From a virus (Duplodnaviria; Caudoviricetes), in IMG/VR virus record IMGVR_UViG_3300036833_000194, positions 1 through 56,311 of that record: a DNA stretch of 56,311 nt; one strand, 5' to 3'. The position numbers and the translations under genes were made by a program. Below, piece after piece: positions 27,258 to 35,982 of this stretch. Under the pieces are notes generated by a model. It did not search any database. It saw only the letters and a list, made by a program, of their open reading frames with translations, and had not been told where the DNA came from. How positions within the stretch are numbered: the first letter of the stretch is position 1; every line of letters begins with the position of its first letter.

Positions 27258-27764
27258 TCACATCGGGATGATTAGCTTCGTGCTGATCAGCTTCGTGCTG
27301 GGTGACGACGATGAGCTTCTTACCACCGGTTCCCCGAGCCGCTTGGCGCGCTGCTGGGGCGTCATCCGGGACAGCACGTTGTCGCGGATCGCGTCGGCGA
27401 ACGGCAACGCGTCGTCGTCCCTCAGGGCGATGGCAACCTCACTGGCCGTATCCTTGTCGAACATCAGATAGACCGTGCCGCGGTCTTGGTCGCTGTGGCC
27501 GACGAACGAGGCCCGCGGCCGGCGCAGCGGGACGTTCGCCATCCCGACGTTGCGCTGGGCCGCGGCGACGATGAGATCCTGGACCATGGTGGCCATGACC
27601 TTGATGGCCTGAGCCGGGAACGTGACCTCGACGTCTTCCCCGTTATCGGCGCGGAACCGCATCAGCGCCGTCGAGCCGTCGGTCGAGACGGACGTGGCGA
27701 GGCCCTGGGTGACGTGGACGCGCGCCGTCCGAGACGTCGAGCCGTTCGCTTTGCTTTGCTCCAT
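27258..27764 (-). CDS. Hypothetical protein
   Basis: First ORF of the leftward sugar operon; phage-like codon usage. Confidence 0.6.
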   Translation of the reverse strand: MEQSKANGSTSRTARVHVTQGLATSVSTDGSTALMRFRADNGEDVEVTFPAQAIKVMATMVQDLIVAAAQRNVGMANVPLRRPRASFVGHSDQDRGTVYLMFDKDTASEVAIALRDDDALPFADAIRDNVLSRMTPQQRAKRLGEPVVRSSSSSPSTKLISTKLIIPM

Positions 27765-27812
27765 GAACGGGGAAACTATACTCGGCGGAGCGCCCGCACA
27801 ATGGGGGCAATG

Positions 27813-27842
27813 TTGACGCGTGGATAAAACCGTCGGTAACTT
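27813..27842 (+). promoter_or_regulatory. Sigma70-like promoter with a DnaA-box-like site in the spacer
   Basis: TTGACG-N18-TAACTT; CGTGGATAA (27819-27827) is one mismatch from TGTGGATAA. Confidence 0.5.
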
Positions 27843-27868
27843 TCGCTGATCTTGATAGGAGGGTTTCA

Positions 27869-28396
27869 ATGCAAATCACCGAGATGATCAACGGCTATCG
27901 CGATATCAGAAAACGGCTGATGGGCCAGCCGACGAAGCAGAAACCAAAGCCAGAACCGACGCCGGAACGGTCAGAACTAACGCCGCCGACACCGAAAGCT
28001 CCCCCCCCCAGCACCAGCAAGGATGATTTCGCCGAAAAGCTCCCACTTGACGACAAGACAGAACAGCCTCACCTCATCGTGAGCAGCGACATCCCAAGGG
28101 TGACGATCCGCGAGATACAGCAGTACGTGTGCCGCCGGTGGAACATTAGCCGGGTGGATTTGCTCTCACACCGCCAAAGGGCGCGCGAGGTCTTCCCCCG
28201 GCACGTCGCGATCTACCTCGCCAGGATGTTGACGCTGGCTTCTTGCCCAATGATCGGCCGGCAGTTCGGCGGCCGAGACCACACCACTGTCCTGCATGCC
28301 GTCAAGAAAATCGAGCAGCGCATGGCTGTGGATCCCGATGTTGCCGCCGAAATCGCTTCGTGCCGAGCCATGTTCGAAAGCCGCACCGCACATTAG
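27869..28396 (+). CDS. DnaA C-terminal HTH domain protein
   Basis: I...VC....IS..DLLS..R......PR.VA.YLAR.LT..S...IGR.FGGRDHTTVLHAV.KI. Confidence 0.9.
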   Translation: MQITEMINGYRDIRKRLMGQPTKQKPKPEPTPERSELTPPTPKAPPPSTSKDDFAEKLPLDDKTEQPHLIVSSDIPRVTIREIQQYVCRRWNISRVDLLSHRQRAREVFPRHVAIYLARMLTLASCPMIGRQFGGRDHTTVLHAVKKIEQRMAVDPDVAAEIASCRAMFESRTAH

Positions 28397-28489
28397 CTTT
28401 TTATCTAGACTTGAGCCTCCCGATATGATAGATGATTGCCTAGCCTCGCCGATTCCGGCGGGGCGGGAATCGGAACGGGAGAACGCAAA

Positions 28490-29350
28490 ATGCTCGACAT
28501 CACGGCAGCCAACACGGCCAACTTGCCGACGGTCGCAAGACCAGCGGCGCCAAAGACTTACCGGCTCCGCAAGGAGGCCCAGTGCGCAGCGGTGGCGGCG
28601 ATCGGGCCACACGCCCGGGAAGGGTTCGAGTTCACCACCGAGAAATGCGACGGCCGGTGGGGGTGGCGGGAGACCGACGAGGTCAGGCCGCCGACCGGAG
28701 CGGAACTCAAGGCCATGGGGGGGCGCAAGGGTCTCCTGAGCCTTACAATGGCCGCCAACGCGCTAGGAGGCTCGCTGGCGAGCCATGTCGCGGGGGCGCT
28801 GGTGGACAGCGCATCGCCAGCGAAACGCACCAGCGAAGCCCCTGCGGGCGTGGCGGAGCCATCTAGCGAGGACGAGGCTGTCCAACAGGCTGGCGAGGCG
28901 GTGACAGCCGCAGCCTTGGCGCTCCACGAGGAGCGCGGGCGCGAACGGGCCGCGGGGGAGGGAAGGCTCCGGGAACCAGAGGACGACCCGTCCGGCGTGC
29001 CGGGGTTCCTGCGGCGAGAAAACACGCCCGAGGTCAAGAAACGCGTCGCAAAGATCGTCACGGAGACGAACCCGCGGACGCGCAAGATCAAGAGCCCGCC
29101 GGACGCCAAGATGGCGAAGGCGAAGGCCGACGCGCAGAAGAAGACCAGCATCGCCTTCGTGGCACGCTCGGCCATCCTCGCCGGCAAGACGAACGAACAG
29201 GCGCTGGCGGAGGTCGTCGTCGTGTTCCCGAAATGCCCTTACAAGCCGAGCGACATGCAGTGGCAGCGCCGCAAGCTTGTCAAGGACGGCCTCATCAACA
29301 AAGACGGCTCGGCTAGCGCGGCCGGCAAGAAATGGCTGGCCGGCAAGTGA
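28490..29350 (+). CDS. Hypothetical protein
   Basis: Long ORF with GGGAG RBS, coupled to the UDG-like gene. Confidence 0.65.
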   Translation: MLDITAANTANLPTVARPAAPKTYRLRKEAQCAAVAAIGPHAREGFEFTTEKCDGRWGWRETDEVRPPTGAELKAMGGRKGLLSLTMAANALGGSLASHVAGALVDSASPAKRTSEAPAGVAEPSSEDEAVQQAGEAVTAAALALHEERGRERAAGEGRLREPEDDPSGVPGFLRRENTPEVKKRVAKIVTETNPRTRKIKSPPDAKMAKAKADAQKKTSIAFVARSAILAGKTNEQALAEVVVVFPKCPYKPSDMQWQRRKLVKDGLINKDGSASAAGKKWLAGK

Positions 29351-29805
29351 CCAAGCTCGTCATCATCGGGCAGGCCCCGTCCCAGCACGGGACGGGCGAG
29401 CCCATGGCCGGGCGCTGCGGTGCCCGGCTCGCCGCGCTCGCGGGAGTGTCCCTCGACGAGTTCCTCCGCCGCACTGACCGGCTCAACCTGTTCGACATCT
29501 TCACCGGCAAGAACGGGCGCGGCGACGTCTTCTGCATCCACGATGCGCGGCCGATCGCCGATCAACTCTGTGCGGGTCTCACTGGGCGAACTGTGGTGAT
29601 GCTCGGGAACGGCGTCAGCGCGGCGTTCGGTCTAAAAGCGCCGGCGTTCTCGTTCGCCGAGCACCGCGGGATGATGGCAGCATGGGCGCCGCATCCTTCC
29701 GGGATCAACCGATGGTGGAACGATCCTCAGAACGTCGAGCGGGCTCAGTCGTTTTGGCGCCCTTTGCTTGGTCCACGGTCTTCAACCTCATCCCATAATT
29801 GTTGA
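29347..29805 (+). CDS. Uracil-DNA glycosylase superfamily protein
   Basis: LVIIGQAP, G.CG.RL..L, VVMLG, PHPSG.NRWWN. Confidence 0.8.
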   Translation: MTKLVIIGQAPSQHGTGEPMAGRCGARLAALAGVSLDEFLRRTDRLNLFDIFTGKNGRGDVFCIHDARPIADQLCAGLTGRTVVMLGNGVSAAFGLKAPAFSFAEHRGMMAAWAPHPSGINRWWNDPQNVERAQSFWRPLLGPRSSTSSHNC

Positions 29806-30658
29806 TGCCTGTCGATTGCTCCATACCACTCCTCAGGATGAGCTTGTTCGCCTTGAACGACCGATAATCCACATGGTGGTGCCAGCGCCCGAACCTCTTG
29901 ACGACGCGGCTGACGTCAGGATGAGCCGCGGTGATCATCTTCGACTTGGCCAAGTTCGCCAGTCCGCCCTCGTAAAGCTCGTCCGTGTTCCCGCCCTTTA
30001 CCGACAGGGTGACCATCTTCTCCTGCAAGAACGCGTTGAACAGGACGGTGCACCAGCCGTCCTTAAGCATGCGCAGCGATAGGTCGGTGTCCTCGTTGTA
30101 GCGGCAGCGCCAACGGTAGGGCCCATCCGTCCTGATCAGATTGCACGAGTAGATGCGGGTGTTGAGCGTAACCGGAGGCATCTTCGATTTCCGCGACGCG
30201 AACATGAAATAGTTAGGTCCCGCCATCGCGATGTTCACGTAGCGCTCGCAGAAATCCTCCATGCATCGGAATATCGACCCATCAGCGACCGGAACCTTAA
30301 GATTGCGGTTGAAGCGGTAGAACGCCTTGATGTTGTCATCGATGACCCAATGTCGCGGGTGACCTAAGGCCTGCGCGTGATCCCAGATGAAGTTTCGCGC
30401 CGGACCCGAACCCTTGGTCTTGGCGTCACCGAGGTGATCAAACGCATCGTAGTCGCGTTGGTAAGCTGGATCGAGCACCAGCAAGCGCTTCGGGTCGATC
30501 ACCGCCTCGTAAGCCTTCAACTCCTGGGCTTCGACCACAACAACATAGGGAACGCCGAGCCGGTCGAGCGCCCTCATAGTGTGGCGCGTCTCATGCCGAC
30601 CCTTCGACGGGATATAGATCGGAAACCTAGGGTTCACTCGCGTAAACCTTGTCGGCAT
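29705..30658 (-). CDS. TET-associated-type (TAGT/GREB1-like) glycosyltransferase
   Basis: PIYIPSKGR, VVE.QE...Y, ARNF.WDH, W..DDNI, YSC.L, W...YNEDTDL.L, GGNT..LY. Start at 30658 or GTG 30637. Confidence 0.85.
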   Translation of the reverse strand: MPTRFTRVNPRFPIYIPSKGRHETRHTMRALDRLGVPYVVVVEAQELKAYEAVIDPKRLLVLDPAYQRDYDAFDHLGDAKTKGSGPARNFIWDHAQALGHPRHWVIDDNIKAFYRFNRNLKVPVADGSIFRCMEDFCERYVNIAMAGPNYFMFASRKSKMPPVTLNTRIYSCNLIRTDGPYRWRCRYNEDTDLSLRMLKDGWCTVLFNAFLQEKMVTLSVKGGNTDELYEGGLANLAKSKMITAAHPDVSRVVKRFGRWHHHVDYRSFKANKLILRSGMEQSTGINNYGMRLKTVDQAKGAKTTEPARRSEDRSTIG

Positions 30659-31289
30659 AAGTTTCGATCTCGACCTCTGGGAACCACAAGAATCTCGTCT
30701 TGGGCGTGATCTTCTGCCCGACGAGTTCCGTGAACTCATCCAAGGCTTGCTGATCTTTGAAATGCACGACCAGTGACCGAAAGGCCGTCTTGTCTCCGTT
30801 CACGTACTCCGGCATTCCCGCCCACAGCGCTGCTGGATCGGCTGCTTGTCCGTCGAGACCGAACACATCGAGCATCTGCGGAGCGAAACCGGTCAAGCTC
30901 AGATCGTAGCCCGCCAACTGAAGCTCTTGCATGTCGATCGACAGCAGCTCGATGTTCCACGTCGAGCGCTCCGCGCTCGCGTTGTCCATCAGACGGAAGG
31001 CAGCCACTTGTTCGGCGGTCAGATGATCGACGAGGATGGTCGGCACCTGATCCAGGCCGAGCTTGGAGGCTGCGGCAGTCCTGCAATGGCCCGCCACGAT
31101 GGTGCCAGAGGCATCAACGATGATGGGGTTTAGGAAGCCGAATTCCTTTATCGACCTCGCAACGAGATCAATCTGTTCCGGCGAATGGACCCTGGCGTTG
31201 CGTTCGTAGCGCACGAGCCGGGCCGTCTCCATCATAACGATTTCAGGGACGGATTTGACTCCGTTGATCGGCTTGGCTTTCTTCGCCAT
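30627..31289 (-). CDS. ParB N-terminal domain protein
   Basis: Y.RNAR.HS..QI.....SI.EFGF.NPI.VD....IVAGH.R, A.RL.DN. Confidence 0.9.
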   Translation of the reverse strand: MAKKAKPINGVKSVPEIVMMETARLVRYERNARVHSPEQIDLVARSIKEFGFLNPIIVDASGTIVAGHCRTAAASKLGLDQVPTILVDHLTAEQVAAFRLMDNASAERSTWNIELLSIDMQELQLAGYDLSLTGFAPQMLDVFGLDGQAADPAALWAGMPEYVNGDKTAFRSLVVHFKDQQALDEFTELVGQKITPKTRFLWFPEVEIETYADKVYASEP

Positions 31290-31348
31290 GGAACTTTCCC
31301 TAGATAGGACCGTTCCCTTATCGCTCGCTGGCGGAGGAACCGCAAGCC

Positions 31349-31555
31349 ATGGCCGTCATCATCCAGCTCATCGCTGGGTTCGTGCTTTGGGCGGGCAGGG
31401 CGCTGGCCTCCGTGATCCCGATGGACCCGCTCATCGCCCGGGTCGTGGACATCGTCATCACGATCCTGGCCGTGGCCATCATCCTGTTCATGGTCGTGAT
31501 CCCGCTGCTCAACATGCTGGCGGGCATCCATATTTCGCTGCCAACGTTCCACTAG
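31349..31555 (+). CDS. Small membrane protein
   Basis: Two hydrophobic segments; GGAGG RBS. Confidence 0.55.
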   Translation: MAVIIQLIAGFVLWAGRALASVIPMDPLIARVVDIVITILAVAIILFMVVIPLLNMLAGIHISLPTFH

Positions 31556-31609
31556 GCGCGGTTCCAAAGCGTTAGGGTACGCAGCCCGTCCCGGCGGCTT
31601 GCGGAGTGT

Positions 31610-31975
31610 CTAGTGCATCCCAATGGCCGTGAGCGGGACCGGCCCAAGACACTCGCTGCGATTGGCGCGAACCTCACTGACGCTAGGCGCCAGCGCTTTG
31701 GTCGACAGCAGAGCGCGGGCGCGCATCAGGGCGGCGCCGTAGGTCCAGGGGCGTACTCTTGCGACCGCGTAGTAAGCCTCGAGCGAATCAAATACATCGC
31801 TCAGCATCCCACGCTTACGCAAGCCAGGGGCTACCGCCATCAGGTAGTTGTGCGCGAGGCATCGACGTATGTCTCGCCATTTATACCGAGTCGCAGGGGG
31901 CTGAGTCTCCAGCCACCTCACCAAACCGCGCAGCGACAGCACTTCGTCTCGGCTCCACCTCGGATTGTACAGCAT
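31610..31975 (-). CDS. Conserved phage hypothetical protein
   Basis: MLYNP.W....SL..L..WLE.QP....Y motif; AGGAG RBS. Confidence 0.6.
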   Translation of the reverse strand: MLYNPRWSRDEVLSLRGLVRWLETQPPATRYKWRDIRRCLAHNYLMAVAPGLRKRGMLSDVFDSLEAYYAVARVRPWTYGAALMRARALLSTKALAPSVSEVRANRSECLGPVPLTAIGMH

Positions 31976-32013
31976 GATTGTTCTCCTGATTGATTGACAG
32001 AATTACCGATCCG

Positions 32014-32337
32014 CTAGGAACGGCGCAAGTCGCGGACCCGGCCGATGCGAGGCAAGCCGTGGCGGTTCTCGTCCCCATATTGGCGATGGCGGCCGGCGGC
32101 AATCTCGCGCCGAAGCTTGACCTCGACGTCACGGCGCGCGTCACGCCTGTCTGTCCACGGCGTCCGGGTAGACAGGCGAAACAGCAAGATGGTCGAGGCG
32201 CCATAGACGGCGCCCCGATCGGTCTCGGTGATCTGGCAGCAGGCGCACTCGGCCTTGTCGTCGATGCGCTCGATCCACGTCTTGACGCCGACGTCAGACA
32301 CGGCGATTCCAATGGTCACAGCCGTCGTCCAGGCCAT
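32014..32337 (-). CDS. Hypothetical protein
   Basis: ORF in the leftward cluster of small early genes. Confidence 0.4.
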   Translation of the reverse strand: MAWTTAVTIGIAVSDVGVKTWIERIDDKAECACCQITETDRGAVYGASTILLFRLSTRTPWTDRRDARRDVEVKLRREIAAGRHRQYGDENRHGLPRIGRVRDLRRS

Positions 32338-32466
32338 AGGGATGCATGTGCTTCATGCATTCCAGCCCGAACCATCGCAGGCGAGCGAATCGACAGTCTC
32401 GGCAGTATCCCATCTGGTCGATCACGACCATGATCTTCTCGGCCAGCAGCGGATCACCGCATGGCC

Positions 32467-32688
32467 TCACGTTCGGTTCCATCTTCTGGATTCCTTCTTG
32501 AGCAGAGCAAGCGCGCGGGCCTCGGCCTGGATGGGCAAGCAGTCCAGGCACTCGAGGCGGCGCACCTGCAGCGAGATGTTGCGGCGCGGACCTTGGTAGC
32601 CGAGCGCCGCGCCGAAGTCCGCCACCCCGAGGCCGAGGCGGCGGCGCATCGTCTTGAGTTGGTGGCCTGTCATGGCCGTCACTGCCAT
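32467..32688 (-). CDS. XRE-like HTH protein
   Basis: MTGHQLKTMRRRLGLG...FG.ALGY.......VRRLE. Confidence 0.65.
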   Translation of the reverse strand: MAVTAMTGHQLKTMRRRLGLGVADFGAALGYQGPRRNISLQVRRLECLDCLPIQAEARALALLKKESRRWNRT

Positions 32689-33523
32689 CTCCCTACGACG
32701 TGGGACACGCCTTCGGGATTGTCCACGACGACCGCCACCGGACCGAAGCGAAGCAGGAACGCCGCAGCCTTGTTCAGAGCATCGGCTAGGCCGTCGATGC
32801 AGACATCCGGCGGGAACGGGAACGTCGCGATGACGCGGTGGTTCGAGAGGACGCGGAGCGTGAACTCGCTCATGCCACCACCAACTCCTTTGCCGTGTGG
32901 ATGTTGAGCTTTGCCCGGAGCGCCATCATACGCTCCGCTTTGACGCGGTGGTCGCGCTCGGCGGGAGTTGGAATGATCCTTTTCGCCTCCACCCACTTGG
33001 CTTGTGATTCGTGCCGCATCGCGGCCATCTTCAACGCCTCGCGGAGAAGCAGGACGTCGCAAACTGTCAACCTCGTCATCTCACAAATCCTCCCACCATT
33101 CGCGGTCACTTACCGCATCATCGCGGTCCCGCTGGATTTCGTTTCGAAACTCGCGCTCGGCATTGGCCTGCCAGTGGGCGAGCCAATACTCGTCGTGCGC
33201 GCGTTGCTGCTCGGGAGTCGCCGCGTCATACTCGGCGACCGTGCACATCGGGCTGAGGCCAAGCGCGACATGGGCTGCGGTCATTTGTCTGCCTTAACCC
33301 ATTCGGCCATGAGGGCCCGCTCATCGCCGTTGTTCTTGCAGTTCTCGCAAAAACCGGTTGCCCATCCGTTGCACTTGATGCCGAGCCATTTCGCGAGCTT
33401 TCCGCATTCGTGTCCGTAAGTTCCAAAATTCGCGTTGTGGCATTTGCCGTCGAGCGCATATGAGTTGCGACCATGTTGGGCTGCCCAGATGGCCCAGTCG
33501 GTCGTCGTGTCTATGGTGTTCAT
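32679..33523 (-). other. Four short coupled hypothetical ORFs (32679-32873, 32870-33109, 33081-33284, 33281-33523)
   Basis: Abutting or overlapping stop/start codons with GGAGG-type RBSs. Confidence 0.55.
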
Positions 33524-33608
33524 TTGGTCCTCCGTGGTCTCGTCAGGCGCGGTGTCGGCGGTGATCGCCGTTCGTGCGGCCCCCGAAGGGCCGCACGGGC
33601 TGCAACCA

Positions 33609-34082
33609 CTATGCCCTGCTGAGATATGCCGTCGTCGCAGCCCGCGTGATCAGGTAGATCAGCGCGGGGATGACCGCGCCGAGCACCGCGGCCGGGTAGA
33701 GCATCCAACCCGCCGCCTGCGCGGCGAACGCCAAGGCGTTCATCACCGCCGAGCCGGCGAGCGTCCCGATGATCGCCGGACGGGCGTGCCGGCTGATCTT
33801 CTTCCTGATCACTTCGGTCACCGCCGTGACGAGCAGGAGCTCCAAGGTGATGAACCCGAGGTCGATGCCGACCGCCATCGCCCAGGATTCCCACATTGGG
33901 CATTCCGTCATCAACTTGATGCCGGTGGCGAGGTGATGGAGCGACAGAGCCGTCAGCGTCGCGGCGACGAGGCCGGCGGCGCTGGCCATGGTCGCCTGCC
34001 GCCTAGCCGCCTTGGTGGCGCGGTGGCTGCGGGCCTTCTTAGTGCTGATCGAGGTCGGGCGCGGGAGGGCTACTACGTTCAT
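33609..34082 (-). CDS. Four-TM membrane protein
   Basis: Four hydrophobic segments; GGAG RBS. Confidence 0.65.
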   Translation of the reverse strand: MNVVALPRPTSISTKKARSHRATKAARRQATMASAAGLVAATLTALSLHHLATGIKLMTECPMWESWAMAVGIDLGFITLELLLVTAVTEVIRKKISRHARPAIIGTLAGSAVMNALAFAAQAAGWMLYPAAVLGAVIPALIYLITRAATTAYLSRA

Positions 34083-34172
34083 TTTCAGTTTCTCCACTGC
34101 TGGCGAGGCAGAGCCTCATCGGAGCTGATCGCTCCCCGCTGCGCCGGCTGACCGGCGCAGAAGGCAACGAGT

Positions 34173-34385
34173 TCAGTTCAGGCCGACATTCCGCTCGATC
34201 CAGTCATTGTGCCGCTGGACCCGCATCGCGCATTCGGCGCCGCGGTCGTAGGCTTGGCCCTCGACGCCTTCCGAAGGCGTGGCCATGCGGCCGGCTTGGT
34301 AGTCGAGCCACCCGCGGTGGAAGCCGGCCATCTTGTGGTAAGGCGCGTATTCGTGGGCGATATCTTGGATGGTGATGTGCAGCAT
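34173..34385 (-). CDS. Hypothetical protein
   Basis: First ORF after the hammerhead; GGGAG RBS. Confidence 0.6.
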   Translation of the reverse strand: MLHITIQDIAHEYAPYHKMAGFHRGWLDYQAGRMATPSEGVEGQAYDRGAECAMRVQRHNDWIERNVGLN

Positions 34386-34397
34386 TGGTTCGCTCCC

Positions 34398-34453
34398 AGG
34401 TCTCATCAGCGCTGGCCCAACCAGCGGACGGCACCGAAGCGCCGTTTCGACCT
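34398..34453 (-). ncRNA. Type II hammerhead ribozyme
   Basis: aggtc-GAAAC-ggcgc(ttcg)gtgcc-GTC^-cgctgg(ttggg)ccagcg-CTGATGA-gacct: complete core and three stems. Confidence 0.92.
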
Positions 34454-34573
34454 TTCCATCTTTGCTGCCTACATGTCCCGGTCACGGCTCTTGCCTTTCT
34501 TCCGGGGTTCGGCTGATCGGGGCCTACAAGTCTCTGCGAGGTCTATGACGCTCGGCCCGTCCGTGATGAGACG

Positions 34574-34602
34574 AATATAGGCCAAGACTAGATAATCGTC
34601 TA
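34574..34602 (-). promoter_or_regulatory. Leftward promoter overlapped by a 14-bp palindromic operator
   Basis: TAGACG-N17-TATATT on the minus strand; TAGATAATCGTCTA at 34589-34602. Confidence 0.6.
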
Positions 34603-34662
34603 GCCTGAAAATCAGGTTTGTTCACGGTTTAGTCAAAAATCTTTACAAGGAAAGACGATTTT

Positions 34663-35004
34663 TCAGCGCCTCTCCACGGTCCCGTCGAACCGCTTCCGCC
34701 AACCTGACGCTATGGTCCCAGGCATCGGACGCCGCTGCCGCCTCTTGACCCCGAGGTACTTGGCGCGCATCCGGTAGACCTTCTTTCGCACCCCCGCTTC
34801 AGCCCGCGTCTTCTTCCTGGCGCAGTCCTCATGAGCCGGTCCCAGGTTCGACTCGTCGTCTGCCCCGCCGAGCCAAAGCGGCACGATGTGCTCGCCGATC
34901 CAACGCTTCATGCCGATCGGAGCTTGGCACAGACAGCAGACGCCGCCGGTAGAATCAAAGATGCGGACGCGGGCTAGCTTAGAATGGCGGCGACGACGTT
35001 TCAT
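34663..35004 (-). CDS. HNH endonuclease
   Basis: C.LC..PI....W..EH..PL.LGG.D...NL.PAH..C...KT. Confidence 0.8.
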   Translation of the reverse strand: MKRRRRHSKLARVRIFDSTGGVCCLCQAPIGMKRWIGEHIVPLWLGGADDESNLGPAHEDCARKKTRAEAGVRKKVYRMRAKYLGVKRRQRRPMPGTIASGWRKRFDGTVERR

Positions 35005-35297
35005 TCCGCAGCCTCGGCCTTGGCAGACTCTTCCTCGTTCGGCTTGGGCTCGTTCCACTCGCCGCCCTGAGCCGGCGGCAACGCGCGCGTCGCATAAAGC
35101 ACGTATTCCTTGAACATGTCCGCATGACGGACCAGATACGCGATCGTGTTGATGGCAGCCGCGAGGCGCTCGATCTTGATCTCGCCAACCTCGAAACGTT
35201 GCTCGCCGCACGCCTCCAGCATCGGATATTCCCGGTTGCGGCGAACGAACTCGGTCTCAAGTTCCTCAAGCTGCTCCTGTAGGGATATCTTAGGCAT
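35001..35297 (-). CDS. Hypothetical protein
   Basis: MPKISL.EQ..E...E...R...YP; coupled to neighbours. Confidence 0.6.
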   Translation of the reverse strand: MPKISLQEQLEELETEFVRRNREYPMLEACGEQRFEVGEIKIERLAAAINTIAYLVRHADMFKEYVLYATRALPPAQGGEWNEPKPNEEESAKAEAAE

Positions 35298-35982
35298 TAT
35301 TTGCTTCCTCCGGCCGATGCTCGCGGCAGTACCATTCGCCAAGAATTCCAAGACGCAAGCTGACGCCATAACCAAATGACGCGTCAACGCCGCAGATCGC
35401 ACAACTGTGCATGAAATGCCCATTCACCAGATACGTGCCAACGATAAGCAATCTGCAATCCTTCACCATCGGATGGTCCATGCGAAAGATGTGTCCGGGA
35501 TCAGGGATCGCGCCATCCGAATTTCGCCTCCCGCCTGTCTTTGTTATTTCCCTGATCTCTCTGCCCCAAGCCCATCCATTGAAACGATAGAGAGGATGAT
35601 CATCTGCATTCGCGAAAACATACACATGATCATCTGACAAGCTCCTTTTCCTAACGATGAATTCCATCGCGTTCCAATTGGCCGGCTTTGACTTCACATC
35701 GATCTTGTAGTCACGAAAATAAACATCGATGCCTTCCGCAAGCTGCTTTGCTGTGGCGTTTTTTATGAATCCTCCCCACCTCGCAATGCTCTTTCCTCCC
35801 AACCACAAATAGAACGCGCACTGTGCCCGATAGCCTCTGACATAGCTGTGTTGAATATTGCCGCCTGTTCCATGCCCGATCCGATCTCGTTTGTTGAACA
35901 CAGCATCGTTGTAGGTGTCGCTGGCGACTTTGTCGGCAAAATCAATTTGATCTTGCGTCAATAAAAACTCATGTGAACTCAT
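35290..35982 (-). CDS. PD-(D/E)XK-like protein with C-terminal Zn finger
   Basis: GID......IDVKS; C..CG..ASFG.G.....G..G.WYC.EH. Confidence 0.55.
   Translation of the reverse strand: MSSHEFLLTQDQIDFADKVASDTYNDAVFNKRDRIGHGTGGNIQHSYVRGYRAQCAFYLWLGGKSIARWGGFIKNATAKQLAEGIDVYFRDYKIDVKSKPANWNAMEFIVRKRSLSDDHVYVFANADDHPLYRFNGWAWGREIREITKTGGRRNSDGAIPDPGHIFRMDHPMVKDCRLLIVGTYLVNGHFMHSCAICGVDASFGYGVSLRLGILGEWYCREHRPEEANNA

Noticed and set aside
30627-31289. Plasmid-prophage partition system
   Set aside because: ParB N-terminal domain only, with no HTH, no ParA and no parS array; context is the modification/packaging module.
33530-33560. Second hammerhead (CTGACGA-gacc on the minus strand)
   Set aside because: No matching ggtc-GAAA or stem III nearby.
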